A DNA stretch of 57,643 bases, taken from IMG/VR virus record IMGVR_UViG_3300031942_000005, positions 1 through 57,643 of that record; one strand, given 5' to 3'. Shown here one piece after another: positions 43,892-54,687 of the stretch. How positions within the stretch are numbered: position 1 is the first letter of the stretch; every line of letters begins with the position of its first letter. The notes beneath the pieces were generated by a model. That model saw nothing but the letters and a program-made list of their open reading frames with translations, was not told the DNA's origin and did no database searches. The position numbers and the translations under genes are program-made. Source of the DNA: a virus (Duplodnaviria > Caudoviricetes).

Positions 43892-44061
43892 ACGAGCCGG
43901 AGGAGTACGTCGACTGGTGCATCATTTTCTCCCGCCTGGACCAAGAGGTCGCCCTCGAGATGGCGAAGCGGCCCACCGAGGCCGAGGAGACCCCCATGTC
44001 CGATGAGGAGCGGATGCGCTACGAGGCAGGCCAGCGTGCCCGGGAGCCCAGGGGTCCGTGA
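43717..44061 (+). CDS. tail assembly chaperone T domain (probable -1 frameshift extension)
   Basis: Overlapping -1 frame ORF (GLTHEQYLDEP...W) with no clear RBS. Confidence 0.6.
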   Translation, partial: FPYWALERLRQRKLAEGKPARDRPSLPPPRDIDRVLLDWYREFQFRGVHTGLTHEQYLDEPEEYVDWCIIFSRLDQEVALEMAKRPTEAEETPMSDEERMRYEAGQRAREPRGP

Positions 44062-44559
44062 GTGGGCACCTACTGGAAGGGCATCAGTGAGGACATAGAG
44101 ACCCTCGGGCGCTCCAAGGTGCGCGTGCGCGCCGCGACCGAGGAGGCGGCGGTGGCCGGGGCCGCCATCGTGCGCGACGCCGCCAAGGTGAACATCCTCA
44201 CGCGTTTCATGCAGCACACCGGCGACCTGGAGCGCTCGATGTACTCGGACCCCGTGGCGACGCCACTGGGGCCCAACGACTTCACCGCCCGGGCCTTCCC
44301 GCGCGGCTCGCGCACCTATGACACCAACGCCACGCCCTACGCGCGCATCCAGGAGCTGGGCGGCATCATCCACGCCCACAACAAGACCGGCCTGCTCTGG
44401 ATCCAGGGCCCGCGCCCCGACGGCACCTGGGGTGTGTCGGCCGCGGTGCCCGAGGTCGAGCTGGAGGGCCGCTGGTACCTGCGCGACGCGGTGATCGAGT
44501 CGATCCCGGCCCTGCGTGAGCTGGCCGTGAGCTACTGGGCCGATGGGGTGGCCGGCTGA
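44062..44559 (+). CDS. HK97 gp10-like neck/tail protein
   Basis: TGDLERS...PYARIQELGG...YLRDA. Confidence 0.75.
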   Translation: MGTYWKGISEDIETLGRSKVRVRAATEEAAVAGAAIVRDAAKVNILTRFMQHTGDLERSMYSDPVATPLGPNDFTARAFPRGSRTYDTNATPYARIQELGGIIHAHNKTGLLWIQGPRPDGTWGVSAAVPEVELEGRWYLRDAVIESIPALRELAVSYWADGVAG

Positions 44560-47500
44560 TGGCCGACGAGCTCCCCCCCGTAGTCGCCCACTTCGAGGCG
44601 GAGTCCGAGGGCTACGACGAGACCGTCGACCACATCATCGAGCGCCTCGTCGAGCTGTCGGGCATGGAGGCCACGCCCACCGCCGAGCTGGAGGCGCCCG
44701 ACTTCGACGAGGAGGTGGACCACCTGGCCGACCAGGTGGCCTACATCGACGGCCTGGTGGGCATCGCCCACGCCTACCTCGATGCCCCCGAGGTCGAGGC
44801 GCAGGTCGCCGCCATCAACGCGGGCCTCGACAACCTCTACGACCAGCTCTCCAAGTGGCCCGACATGGACGTCACCGTCGAGGAGCTCCAGCACCTGTTC
44901 GACCTCGTGCAGGGCCAGCTCGCGCTGTTCGAGAAGGGCTACAACCTCGCCGTCGGCATGACCGACGAGGAGGCGCAGGACAAGGCGGGCCTGCTGCTCG
45001 CCACCTTGGAGAAGCTCCAGCGCGACTGGGTCGTCACCGTCACCGTGATCGACAACCTGGCCGGGCTGCGCGACGCCGAGAGCCAGCTCAACACGTGGAT
45101 CGCCAATACCCAGCGCGTGCTGGACATCCGTGGGCAGGCCACCACGGGGGGCCCGGGCGGCGGCGGGCTGTTCAGCCTCCCCGCGCTGCCTCCTGACCTC
45201 GCCGCGCTGACGGGCCCGGGCGCGAAGCCCGAGTACCCGAGTGGTGCCAACTGGGCGGCGCTGGCCGGCTTCGGCGCGGCGGGCCACCGCCTCGGCATCC
45301 CCTTCACCGGCGTGGGCCTCCCCGTGGCTGGCTTCGGCACCCTGGGCGGCCTGGCGGGCTTCGGGGCCGAGTCCATGCTCACCACCGCCGCGGGCCTGGG
45401 CGGCACGCTGCTCGGCGCGGGCATCGGCGCAGGCGCGCTCGCCTACGGGGCGGCGGGGACCGCGGCGGTGGGGATGGGCACCGACCTGGCGGGGATCGGC
45501 CAGGCGGCGGGCGACACCCGCAAGTACAACCAGGCGCTCAACAGCCTCAACCAGGCCATCGCGGTCTACGGCGCGGGCAGCACGGAGGCGGCGCACGCGC
45601 AGAACCAGCTCAACTACACGGTCAGCCAGTTCCCCGCCGCCGCTCAGGGCTCCATCGTGGCGCTGGGCCAAACCACCCAGCAGTTCCACACCATGTTCAA
45701 CGCCGCGACCGGCGAGGCCGAGGCCAAGGGGGCCCAGATCCTCCAGGGCATCGTCACCATGGCCGAGAGCTTCCTGCCCACCATCGGCCATTTCGCCTCG
45801 CAGAACATGACGATCATCCAGGGCGCCCTCGGGCCGCTCGAGATGTGGATGAAGGGCCCTGGCCTCACGATCTTCACCCAGCTCGAAGCGCAATTCCAGG
45901 CGCACCTGCCCGCGGCCATGACCGTCTTCACCCAGGGCCTCGAGCTGATGATCCGCCTGCTGGGCTTCCTCTCGCCCCTGACCGGCCACATCATCGACGA
46001 CCTCGCCAAGTGGGCGACGGAGCTGAACAACCAGGACTACTCCAAGCTCACCGGCGGCATCAGCACCGCCATCGGGGCCTTCCAGTCCCTGTGGGGCCTC
46101 ATCAAGGCGGTGGGCACGGCCATCTACGAGCTGTTCACCCACGACGCCGGTACCGGCAAGTCCGTCATCGACAGCATCACCGGCATGGTCAACCAGTTCA
46201 ACAACTGGGCCAAGACGGTGGCCGGCGGGGACCAGCTGCACAACCTGCTCGAGGCCCACAAGAACGAGCTGCTGGCGATCATCGGCATCATCCCCCACCT
46301 CGTCGCCGCCTTCGGCCAGTTCCACATCCTCGCCGCCCCGCCGGTGATGGAGATGGTGGGGCTGCTGGCGAAATTCGTGGACCTGATCCTCAGTACCCCG
46401 GTGATCGGCCAGATCCTCGCCATGGGCCTGGCGCTGGGGGTCATGGGCTCGAAGATCCCCTTTGTCGACATGTCGAAGTTCGGCAACCTCATCAAGGACG
46501 TGGTGGTCAGCGGGCTCAACGCCCTGGGCGGCGTCCTCTCGGGCCTGGGCGGGCCGCTGGGCAAGCTGGGGCAGTGGCTCTCGGGGATCGGGCAGACCGG
46601 CCCCACCATGGAGGAGTCGGCCTCGGTCATGAGCGGGGCGGCGGACTCCATGAGCGCCTCGGCCGACCGCATCGCGGCCGCCTTCGAGTCCGTCCAGGCC
46701 GCCATCGTCGATGCCACCACCGTCGTCGACGCCGAGGCGGCGAACATGACCGAGGCCCTCGCCGTGCTGGCGGAGGGGGCCGACACCACGGCGGCCAGCG
46801 TGGACACCGACCTGGCCTCGATCCCCACCACCATGACCGCCACCACGGCGACGGTGACCGGGGAGAGCGCCACCATGGGGGCCGACCTGGAGGGGATCGG
46901 TGGCGCCGCCTCGGTCATGGCCGGGGAGTTCTCCACCGCCACCGCGGCCACCGAGGGCGACCTTGCCACGCTCTCGGGCGCGGTGGGGACGACGGCGGGC
47001 GCGGTGGGTGCGGAGACCGCCACCATCGAGGCCGACGTGGGGGGCATCGCCACCACCACCGGCGCCACCGCCGCTGCGGTGACCGGCGAGGCCGCCACCA
47101 TCGACACCGACCTCAGCGGCATCGGTGCCGCCGCGAGCGTCATGGCCGGGGGCGTCACCGCCAGCACCTCCACGGCCGAGGGCGATCTCGGTGGACTGGC
47201 TGCCGCCGCCTCGACCACCACGGCCGCGGTGGACGCCGACCTGGGGGATATGGGTGCCGCCACCCTGGCGATGTCGGGGGCGTTCACGCGCAACGTGGGC
47301 ACGGCCGAGACCGAGATGGAGGGCATGGCGGGCACCGCCGCCACGACCTCGGCGGAGGTGGATGCCGCGCTGGCGACCGAGGGCAAGATCCCCCCCGTCG
47401 TCGGCCCCACCGTCGTGCCGGGGGCGGCACCCTCGACGGCGGCCACCACGGCGGAGACGGCGGCCAAGGGCGGGGGCCTCATCGGCTTCGTCGGGGGCCT

Positions 47501-49052
47501 GGTCCCGGGTATCTCCATCGCCGCCCTGGCCGTGGCCGCCACCACCATCGTTCACGAGATCCTGGGCGAGCGGAAGACGCCGCTCGGCCAGCCCGTGCCC
47601 GGCACCCCGGCCCAGCAGTTCCAGCAGACCACGGCGGCGGCGCCCGCCATCGCGGCCGGCGTGTCCACGGGCCCGGTCTCGGAGTCCTGGCTCAAGATGA
47701 TGGCCGACCCCAAGACCTGGGGGATGTTCAACCAGGGCCTCACCCTGGCCCAGGAGGGCTCGATCCGGCTCTCGGGCAACCTCTCGAGCCTCGAAGCGGC
47801 CACCGGGCTCTCCCAGACGGGCGTGCAGGGCCTCGCCAAGGTGCTGGGGGTGAACCTCAACTCCGCGCTCTCCCCCGGCCAGATCGTCCAGTTCATCCAC
47901 TACGTCCAGCAGAACGGCGGGGCGGCGGCGGTCACCGGCCAGCTCTGGACCACCAGCGGCCAGCAGATACAGGCGGCGCTCACCGCCATGTCCACCAAGG
48001 CCGAGACGGCCATGCCGAACATCTCCTCCGCCGCGCGCAACATGGTGACGAGCACCCAGCCCCAGCTGGTCAACCTCGTGAGCAACCTCCAGAACACCGG
48101 GGACCGCTCGGGCGCCTCGTTCATCAGCGCCTTCCTGGCCCACCTCGGCCCGGCCCAGCTCGCCTCCAAGCAGATGCACGACGGGATCAACAGCCCCCTC
48201 GAACCGCTCGTGAGCGAACTCAACCAACTGGGGGACCACGCCGCGGCCCAGATGGTCCAGAGCTTCATCAACCACAAGCCCGCCGCCCAGCAGGGGGCCC
48301 AGGACACCCACGACGCGATGAAGAACCCCCTCTACACCCTCCAGACCGAGCTGGCCTCGGTCGGTGATGTCTCGGGCGCCCAGCTGGTCGCCATGTTCTT
48401 GAAGCACAACGCCGACGCCAACACCGTGGCCGGGGTGGTGCACGACTCGATCAACGGCAAGCTGGCCGGGCTGGAGCAGAGCCTCGGGAGCATCGGCGAC
48501 ACCGCGGCGGCCAACCTCGTCGCAGGCATCGGCACGGCGGCGACGAGCGGGAACTGGAGCTTTATCGGCCAGGTCATCGACCAGGGCATGGCCGGGGGCA
48601 TCCAGGCCAACGGCGGGCTGGTGACCGGCGCGGCGGCCTCGGTGGCCGCCAACGCGATCGCCACCACCGCCTTCCACACCCTCGGCGCCCACTCGCCCAG
48701 CCGGGTCACCGCCGAGCTGTTGGGCAAGCCCTTCGTCCAGGGCATGGCCCTGGGCATCTTGGAGAACGGCCATCTGGTCCACGCGGCCACCGCCTCGGTG
48801 ATGGGAGGAGTGACCAGCGGCACGCTCGCCACGAGCCGGGCGGCGGCGATCTTCGCCAATGCGGCGAGCGGCGGGGGGGCCTCGGTGACGATCAACATGC
48901 CGATCAACGCGGGCGGCGGGGGCCTCGACTCGATCAACCCCAACGCCGTGGCCCAGGACGTGGCCGCGCAGATACGCCAGGTGCAGCTGCGTAACGCCCG
49001 CATGTACGGACAGCGCGCAGGGGTCCTCGGCTCCTACGCCGGTAGCCGCTAG
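44559..49052 (+). CDS. tape measure protein
   Basis: 1497 aa helical Ala/Gly-rich ORF; C-terminal LGAHSPSRV. Confidence 0.9.
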   Translation: MADELPPVVAHFEAESEGYDETVDHIIERLVELSGMEATPTAELEAPDFDEEVDHLADQVAYIDGLVGIAHAYLDAPEVEAQVAAINAGLDNLYDQLSKWPDMDVTVEELQHLFDLVQGQLALFEKGYNLAVGMTDEEAQDKAGLLLATLEKLQRDWVVTVTVIDNLAGLRDAESQLNTWIANTQRVLDIRGQATTGGPGGGGLFSLPALPPDLAALTGPGAKPEYPSGANWAALAGFGAAGHRLGIPFTGVGLPVAGFGTLGGLAGFGAESMLTTAAGLGGTLLGAGIGAGALAYGAAGTAAVGMGTDLAGIGQAAGDTRKYNQALNSLNQAIAVYGAGSTEAAHAQNQLNYTVSQFPAAAQGSIVALGQTTQQFHTMFNAATGEAEAKGAQILQGIVTMAESFLPTIGHFASQNMTIIQGALGPLEMWMKGPGLTIFTQLEAQFQAHLPAAMTVFTQGLELMIRLLGFLSPLTGHIIDDLAKWATELNNQDYSKLTGGISTAIGAFQSLWGLIKAVGTAIYELFTHDAGTGKSVIDSITGMVNQFNNWAKTVAGGDQLHNLLEAHKNELLAIIGIIPHLVAAFGQFHILAAPPVMEMVGLLAKFVDLILSTPVIGQILAMGLALGVMGSKIPFVDMSKFGNLIKDVVVSGLNALGGVLSGLGGPLGKLGQWLSGIGQTGPTMEESASVMSGAADSMSASADRIAAAFESVQAAIVDATTVVDAEAANMTEALAVLAEGADTTAASVDTDLASIPTTMTATTATVTGESATMGADLEGIGGAASVMAGEFSTATAATEGDLATLSGAVGTTAGAVGAETATIEADVGGIATTTGATAAAVTGEAATIDTDLSGIGAAASVMAGGVTASTSTAEGDLGGLAAAASTTTAAVDADLGDMGAATLAMSGAFTRNVGTAETEMEGMAGTAATTSAEVDAALATEGKIPPVVGPTVVPGAAPSTAATTAETAAKGGGLIGFVGGLVPGISIAALAVAATTIVHEILGERKTPLGQPVPGTPAQQFQQTTAAAPAIAAGVSTGPVSESWLKMMADPKTWGMFNQGLTLAQEGSIRLSGNLSSLEAATGLSQTGVQGLAKVLGVNLNSALSPGQIVQFIHYVQQNGGAAAVTGQLWTTSGQQIQAALTAMSTKAETAMPNISSAARNMVTSTQPQLVNLVSNLQNTGDRSGASFISAFLAHLGPAQLASKQMHDGINSPLEPLVSELNQLGDHAAAQMVQSFINHKPAAQQGAQDTHDAMKNPLYTLQTELASVGDVSGAQLVAMFLKHNADANTVAGVVHDSINGKLAGLEQSLGSIGDTAAANLVAGIGTAATSGNWSFIGQVIDQGMAGGIQANGGLVTGAAASVAANAIATTAFHTLGAHSPSRVTAELLGKPFVQGMALGILENGHLVHAATASVMGGVTSGTLATSRAAAIFANAASGGGASVTINMPINAGGGGLDSINPNAVAQDVAAQIRQVQLRNARMYGQRAGVLGSYAGSR

Positions 49053-49064
49053 GAAAGGAACGCC

Positions 49065-50654
49065 ATGCCCTCTCTGCCTACCCCCGGTGGTGACGCCAAC
49101 GTATGGGGGACCGAGCTCAACACCTGGCTGCTGGTCGCACACAATCCCGACGGCACCGGCATAGGCGGCGGAGGCGGCGTCTCGTCGGTCAACACGCGTA
49201 CCGGGGCGGTGACGCTCACCGCGGCCGACGTGGCCGGCGGGGCGTCCGGCACCTCGGGCCAGCTCCTCCAGACCAACGGCTCGGGGGTGGGCAGCTGGGT
49301 GAACGCCCCGCAGTACCCCAACCCCCACGCGTACTTCCTCACCCCCCTGGGAAGCGGGGCCGATGACACCCCCCAGATCAAGACGACGATCAACAACGCG
49401 GTGTCCGCGGCGATCTCGCGGGGGGACAACTACGCCGAAATCTGGCTCGCCCCGGGCGTCTACCAGATCAAGGGCGCCCTGGTGCAGGGCGGCACCACCC
49501 ATGGCAACAGCCAGATCCCCCTGCCGATCGTGGCGATGACCTCCCAGCAAAAGGTCGTCCTCTCCATCCGCTCCTACACCGACGGCACCTCGCTACCGAT
49601 CTGGAACCAGACCGTGGCCCAGCAGAGCGGGGCCTGCCTCTACTCCAGCGGCATCACCGGCTCGTACAGCTCCGCCTACGGGATGCCCTCGATCCTCGGT
49701 GGCCCCACCCCCGAGGGGGGCTACGGCAACGAGAGCTCGGGGAACCTGTGGGACAACATGAACCTGATCCTCGACGGCATCTCGGTGTCCCAGGCCCTCA
49801 ACCCCACCCTGGTGGGCTTCGACCTGCGCGGGGTGGCCCAGTGCCGCATCGGCACCCTCGGCGCCTTCGTCAACGCGCCGACCGCCACGGTGGCCTCCAC
49901 CTACCCCTCCAACACCTCGGGCTGGGGCCTCGCCCTGCCCAAGCAGGGCAACAACGACTATTGCCTCATCGACAGCTACGCCTGCGAGGGCTACAACATC
50001 GGCCTCCTGTTCGAGGAGCACCTCGCCATGACGCGCTGCGCCATCGTGAGCTGCGGCAGCGGTCTCGTCGCCTACACCTCGGTCGGCGGGGGCGGCCACT
50101 TCAACTGGATCGGCTACGCCAGCGTGGAGAACTGCGGCTACAACCTCGACTGCCAGGCCAGCGGCGGCAACGTCGGCATCGTTATCGACTGCCTCGACAT
50201 CGAGAACCCCACCGCGGGCAGCGTCTTCTTGGGCGGCTACCACATCAAGGACCCCCTCGGCTACCTCTACGGGACCATCGGCATCGCGGGCTCGGGCCCG
50301 GGCCTGAGCGCCCCCATCACCGCCCTGGGCACCTTCCCCGTCGTCCAGTCCTCGGGCACGAACGTTCCCCTCAACTGCCGGGTCATCAACCTGAGCCGCA
50401 ACCAGGGGATCTACGACACCAGCGACGGCATGACCGTGCCGGCCTCGGGCACCCCTTATGTCAACCCCTTCTACCGCGATGCCATGGTGTACGTGCACGG
50501 CGGCACCGTGACCGCCATCGGCATCAACGGGGCGAACGGCTCCAGCCACACCATCCCGAGCACCACCAGCGGCCCCATATGGGTGCCCGCCTGCACCGCC
50601 ATCGTGCTGACCTACTCCGTCGCCCCCACCGGGTGGACGTGGCAGGTCACCTGA
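49065..50654 (+). CDS. tail spike/fibre, beta-helix depolymerase-like
   Basis: WGTELN, VSSVNTRTGAVTL, ADDTPQI...LAPGVY. Confidence 0.7.
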   Translation: MPSLPTPGGDANVWGTELNTWLLVAHNPDGTGIGGGGGVSSVNTRTGAVTLTAADVAGGASGTSGQLLQTNGSGVGSWVNAPQYPNPHAYFLTPLGSGADDTPQIKTTINNAVSAAISRGDNYAEIWLAPGVYQIKGALVQGGTTHGNSQIPLPIVAMTSQQKVVLSIRSYTDGTSLPIWNQTVAQQSGACLYSSGITGSYSSAYGMPSILGGPTPEGGYGNESSGNLWDNMNLILDGISVSQALNPTLVGFDLRGVAQCRIGTLGAFVNAPTATVASTYPSNTSGWGLALPKQGNNDYCLIDSYACEGYNIGLLFEEHLAMTRCAIVSCGSGLVAYTSVGGGGHFNWIGYASVENCGYNLDCQASGGNVGIVIDCLDIENPTAGSVFLGGYHIKDPLGYLYGTIGIAGSGPGLSAPITALGTFPVVQSSGTNVPLNCRVINLSRNQGIYDTSDGMTVPASGTPYVNPFYRDAMVYVHGGTVTAIGINGANGSSHTIPSTTSGPIWVPACTAIVLTYSVAPTGWTWQVT

Positions 50655-50658
50655 GGGT

Positions 50659-53600
50659 GTGAGTGGGACCTACGGCGGCGGCGCCTATGGCTCGGGTGGA
50701 TACGGCTCGGGCGGTGGGACCGGCGGAGGAGGCTCCAGCGGCCTCTACGGCGCGGGTGGCTACGGGACCGGCTACTACGGCATCGGTGCGGGCTCAGGCC
50801 CCATCGGCTACCCCCCGCTCCAGGTGCCCACCTGGACCATCCAGATCGCCTTCGGCTTCGGGCCCTCCGACGTGGACCCGCTGTGGACCGACGTCACCGA
50901 TTTCTGCCGCCAGTTCTCCACCACCGGGGGGCGACAGCACGAGCTTGACCGCATCGAGGCCACCAAGCTCCAGATGGTGCTCGACGACCGCACCGGCATC
51001 TTCACGCCGGCCAACACGCTCTCGCCGCTCTACAACCAGCTCAGCGTCGGTGACTCCATAGGCCTCCCCGCCTCGGCGGGCAGCGGGACCGGGACGTGGC
51101 ACGCCACCTCGGGCAGCTACGCCCTGGTGACCGGGGGGCGGCTCACCTCGGGTGCGCCCACCCTCTATGGGACCCAAGGCGGCTCGTTCACCTCCACCAC
51201 CACCAACATCGCGGTGGTCTCGACCGCTCCGGGGACGAGCGCCTACCCGGTCGTGCCCGGGAGCGTGTACTACGCCTCGGCCTTCTTCCGCGCCGCGGGC
51301 GTGAGCGAGCCGGTGACCCTCGGCCTCCAGTTCTACGACTCCGCCGGCGCCTCGCTCGGTGCCCCCGCCACCGTGACGGTCACTTCGAGCAGTGCCATCG
51401 CGCTCGGGAGGACCGGGGACTGGGTATGGGCCCACTTCTTGGCCCCGGCGCCCACCGGCGCCGCCACCGCCTCGCTCTACGTCGCCTCCACCCTGTCGTC
51501 GGGGGCCAAGCACTACTTCAGCTGCGCCATGCTCTCCAACAACCCCAACGGGGTGCAGGTGAGCTGGAACCTCGGCCAGCTCGGCCCGCTCGTGCCCTGC
51601 ACCCCCATCCTCATCGAGGGGACCTGGGCGGGCAGCGGCACCCAAGACGTGGCCTACTGCTACGCGGACACCTGGGACCCTCAGGTCAAGGACGCCCTCA
51701 ACCAGGACACCATGGTGAGCGGCTACGACATCCTGGGCCTGCTCGGCCAGACGCCCTTGTCGAATTCCCTGCTCTACCCCAACGCCGTGATGGCACTCCA
51801 GCCGCTCGACTACTGGCGCCTGGGCGACCCGCCGCGCTCGACGGTCGTCGCCCCGTACTTCGCCGGTCAGCCCCTCGTGGGCACCACCCGGGCCGGGATG
51901 CCCAACTTCGGGGGCTCCGACGTGGTGGGGGCGGGCCTCTCCCAGCTGTTCACCTCCTCGTCGACGGGCTCGGGCTCGGGGGCGATCATCTACGACCCCG
52001 CCTACGCCACGAACATGAACAACGACGTGGAGGGGCTCATCGCCAAGACCCCCCTGTTCAGCGGCCCCCACGACTGGTCGCTGGTCTGCCTGGTCCACTT
52101 CGGGAGCCAGGGCGGGGCCAACCTCTTTTCGACCTACTCGGCGGCGGGGGCGTGGCAATTCAGCCTGGGCGTCAACGACGGGACCTACGGGGGCCACCCC
52201 AACGGCACGCTGATGGCGACGGGGGGGAGCGTGACGGCGACGACGGGCGGGGCGAACTTCTTGGACGACGCCTGGCACTTCCTCGCCATCGTCGCCCCGG
52301 CCTCGGGCGGCCACCTGCTGGTCTACGTGGACACCCACCTCGTGCTCACCGTGCCCCAGAGCGCCTCCACGACCCCGGTGGGGACTGGCGACGCGGCCAA
52401 CGGCTCGCTGCTCCTGGGCGCGGCCGTGCTGACCTCGGGGGACCAGCCCCAGACCAACTACCAGGACCTCGCCATCTACAACTTCCAGCTCAGCGGGGCG
52501 GTGGGCGGGGACATGTACAACCTCTACGAGACTTACCACCTGCTCCAGGGGCTCGAGCTGAGCGGTCAGCGCCTCGCCCACGTCATGGTGATCGCGGGCT
52601 TCGCCTCCTACCCCACGATCTTCGACGTGGGCACGGTCACGGTGGCCCCCGAGACGGCCTCGCAGACCTCCAACGCGGCGCTCGACTACATGCAGACGGT
52701 GGCCGACACCGAGCTGGGCTACCTGTTCCAGACCCCCGACGGCATCCTGCACTTCCACGACATGCGCTACCCGGCGATCAACCCCACCTCCAATTCGCCC
52801 CAGGCCACCCTCGGTGACAACCCCTCGGCCCAGATGCGCTACGTGGCGCAGAACCTCAAGACGCCCCAGGACTCCTTGGACCTGTGGACCGACGTGCAGG
52901 TGCAGGCCAACCAATCCAACACCGGGGCCGGCACCATGCAGGAGGTCACCATCTCCAACCGGATCGGGCCCCCCGGAGGCTTCGGGCGCCGCTCCCTCCA
53001 GCGCACCGGCCTGCTGTTCGCCTATGACTCCGACGCCCTCAGCCAGGCGACCACCCTGGCGATGCGCTACTCGAGCACCCAGCGCCGGGTGGACTCGGTG
53101 GAGATCCACGGCGAGTCCTTCCAGGGCAACAACATCCCCTACATGCTCGGCCTCTACCTGTGGGACTCGGTGCAATTCCAGCGCCAGGGCTACGGGGAGA
53201 GCCCGTGGGTGGCCGACATGCTGATCGAGCACATCGAGCACAAGTGGGAGGCGGATCCCGGCCAGTTCACGACCACATGGGTACTCTCGCCCTATGAGGT
53301 ACTGGCCTTGAGTGACGTACCCATCGGCGGCATCATCATCATGCCCGGAGCGGCGTGGCCGGCGAACTTCGCCTTGTGCAACGGCGCCCCGGTGAGCCGC
53401 AGCACCTACAGCGCGCTGTTCGCCAACATCGGGATCGCCTATGGGGCGGGTGACGGCTCGACGACCTTCAACCTGCCCAACTTCGTGGGGCCCCCCTACC
53501 CCGGGCCCACCGTGCCGAGCTTCCCCATGGGGGCCTCCACGGCGCACCCGCTGGGGACCTACGGGGGCTCCCAGACGATCACCGTGGCCCAGACGCCCAA

Positions 53601-53928
53601 CCACGGCCACAGCCCGACCGGCACGGGCTCGACCACGGTGAGCGTCAGTGACCCCGGCCACGTCCACCTGCTCTACGTGGACCCCGCCGTCGGCGGTGGC
53701 TCGACCAGCTACCAGCTCATGTACACCACGCCCGGCCCAGGCCCCAACCCGGTCGGCGGCGGCTCGGTCAACTGGACCTCCAACGCCGCGGCAGGCATCA
53801 AGTCGGCCGCCACCAGCGTCACTGCCACCGCCTCCACCACGGTGTCCGTCAGCGACACCTCGATAGGCGGCGGGAACCCCTACCTCCAGCCCTACGTCGC
53901 CATGAACTTCATCATCCGGCTCATCTAG
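50659..53928 (+). CDS. multidomain minor tail protein (tail tip, CBM, LamG-like, tail-collar)
   Basis: YWRLGD; WHFLAI; FALCNG..VSRSTYSALF..IG..YGAGDGSTTFNLP collar; LQPYVAMNFII. Confidence 0.8.
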   Translation: MSGTYGGGAYGSGGYGSGGGTGGGGSSGLYGAGGYGTGYYGIGAGSGPIGYPPLQVPTWTIQIAFGFGPSDVDPLWTDVTDFCRQFSTTGGRQHELDRIEATKLQMVLDDRTGIFTPANTLSPLYNQLSVGDSIGLPASAGSGTGTWHATSGSYALVTGGRLTSGAPTLYGTQGGSFTSTTTNIAVVSTAPGTSAYPVVPGSVYYASAFFRAAGVSEPVTLGLQFYDSAGASLGAPATVTVTSSSAIALGRTGDWVWAHFLAPAPTGAATASLYVASTLSSGAKHYFSCAMLSNNPNGVQVSWNLGQLGPLVPCTPILIEGTWAGSGTQDVAYCYADTWDPQVKDALNQDTMVSGYDILGLLGQTPLSNSLLYPNAVMALQPLDYWRLGDPPRSTVVAPYFAGQPLVGTTRAGMPNFGGSDVVGAGLSQLFTSSSTGSGSGAIIYDPAYATNMNNDVEGLIAKTPLFSGPHDWSLVCLVHFGSQGGANLFSTYSAAGAWQFSLGVNDGTYGGHPNGTLMATGGSVTATTGGANFLDDAWHFLAIVAPASGGHLLVYVDTHLVLTVPQSASTTPVGTGDAANGSLLLGAAVLTSGDQPQTNYQDLAIYNFQLSGAVGGDMYNLYETYHLLQGLELSGQRLAHVMVIAGFASYPTIFDVGTVTVAPETASQTSNAALDYMQTVADTELGYLFQTPDGILHFHDMRYPAINPTSNSPQATLGDNPSAQMRYVAQNLKTPQDSLDLWTDVQVQANQSNTGAGTMQEVTISNRIGPPGGFGRRSLQRTGLLFAYDSDALSQATTLAMRYSSTQRRVDSVEIHGESFQGNNIPYMLGLYLWDSVQFQRQGYGESPWVADMLIEHIEHKWEADPGQFTTTWVLSPYEVLALSDVPIGGIIIMPGAAWPANFALCNGAPVSRSTYSALFANIGIAYGAGDGSTTFNLPNFVGPPYPGPTVPSFPMGASTAHPLGTYGGSQTITVAQTPNHGHSPTGTGSTTVSVSDPGHVHLLYVDPAVGGGSTSYQLMYTTPGPGPNPVGGGSVNWTSNAAAGIKSAATSVTATASTTVSVSDTSIGGGNPYLQPYVAMNFIIRLI

Positions 53929-53936
53929 GAGGCCCT

Positions 53937-54332
53937 ATGGCACGAGCAAGCGCCAACGCAGAGGACAACGCCCTGGTCGGCATGATCTCGGGGGCGGGCG
54001 GGACCTATACCGGCTCGGCCGCGTACTTCAGCCTGCACAGCACCGACCCCGGGACCACCGGCGCGGCGGAGATCAGCGGCGGCGCCCCCGCCTACGCCCG
54101 GGTGTCGATCACCTGGGGCACACCCGCCGCGGGGTCGGTGGCGAACACCAACACGCTCACCCTCAACGTGGCGGCCTCGACCACGGTGGCGTACTTCGGC
54201 ACCTACGGCGCGGCCTCGGGCACGGGGACGGGCGGCTACCAGATCGGCGGCGCCCTCAACGCCTCGGTCACCTTCCCCTCCCAGGGCACCCTCACGGTCG
54301 CCTCGGGGGGGCTGACAGTGACGGCGTCGTGA
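53937..54332 (+). CDS. minor tail/fibre-associated protein
   Basis: SLHSTDPGTTGAAEISGG..YARVSITW. Confidence 0.75.
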   Translation: MARASANAEDNALVGMISGAGGTYTGSAAYFSLHSTDPGTTGAAEISGGAPAYARVSITWGTPAAGSVANTNTLTLNVAASTTVAYFGTYGAASGTGTGGYQIGGALNASVTFPSQGTLTVASGGLTVTAS

Positions 54333-54390
54333 TGCGCTGTTTCGACTGCGGCTCGGCCAACGTGGCAACCGAGAGACTCTAGGAGGCACC

Positions 54391-54684
54391 ATGGCAACCG
54401 TCACCGTCCCGCTCGACGACGGGGGGAACCCCCGCCGGCACCCCCAGACCGGGCGCATCTGGCCGCACCTCGAACTCGACGAGGGGGAGTCGGCCATCCA
54501 GACCGACCCCACCATCAACGACACGATCACGCTGCCCAACGGCCACGTCTACGACCTGCGGGGCCTCATCGAGAACATCGTGATCGTGAGCCAAGAGGAC
54601 CACGACGAGCTCCTCGCCGCCCACGAACGCCTCTACGCGGCGCTGCACCCCGACGCTGAGGAGGCACCCGCCGCCGAGGAGTAG
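54391..54684 (+). CDS. acidic hypothetical protein
   Basis: AGGAGG RBS. Confidence 0.7.
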   Translation: MATVTVPLDDGGNPRRHPQTGRIWPHLELDEGESAIQTDPTINDTITLPNGHVYDLRGLIENIVIVSQEDHDELLAAHERLYAALHPDAEEAPAAEE

Positions 54685-54687
54685 CCC

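Noticed and set aside
46600-47400. Ala/Thr/Gly repeats in the tape measure as a separate element
   Set aside because: Degenerate internal repeats are normal for tape measure proteins
44532-49550. Long antisense ORFs (also 29240..31825, 37983..39311, 50794..53667)
   Set aside because: Shadow ORFs caused by high GC3 on the coding strand; no recognisable motifs
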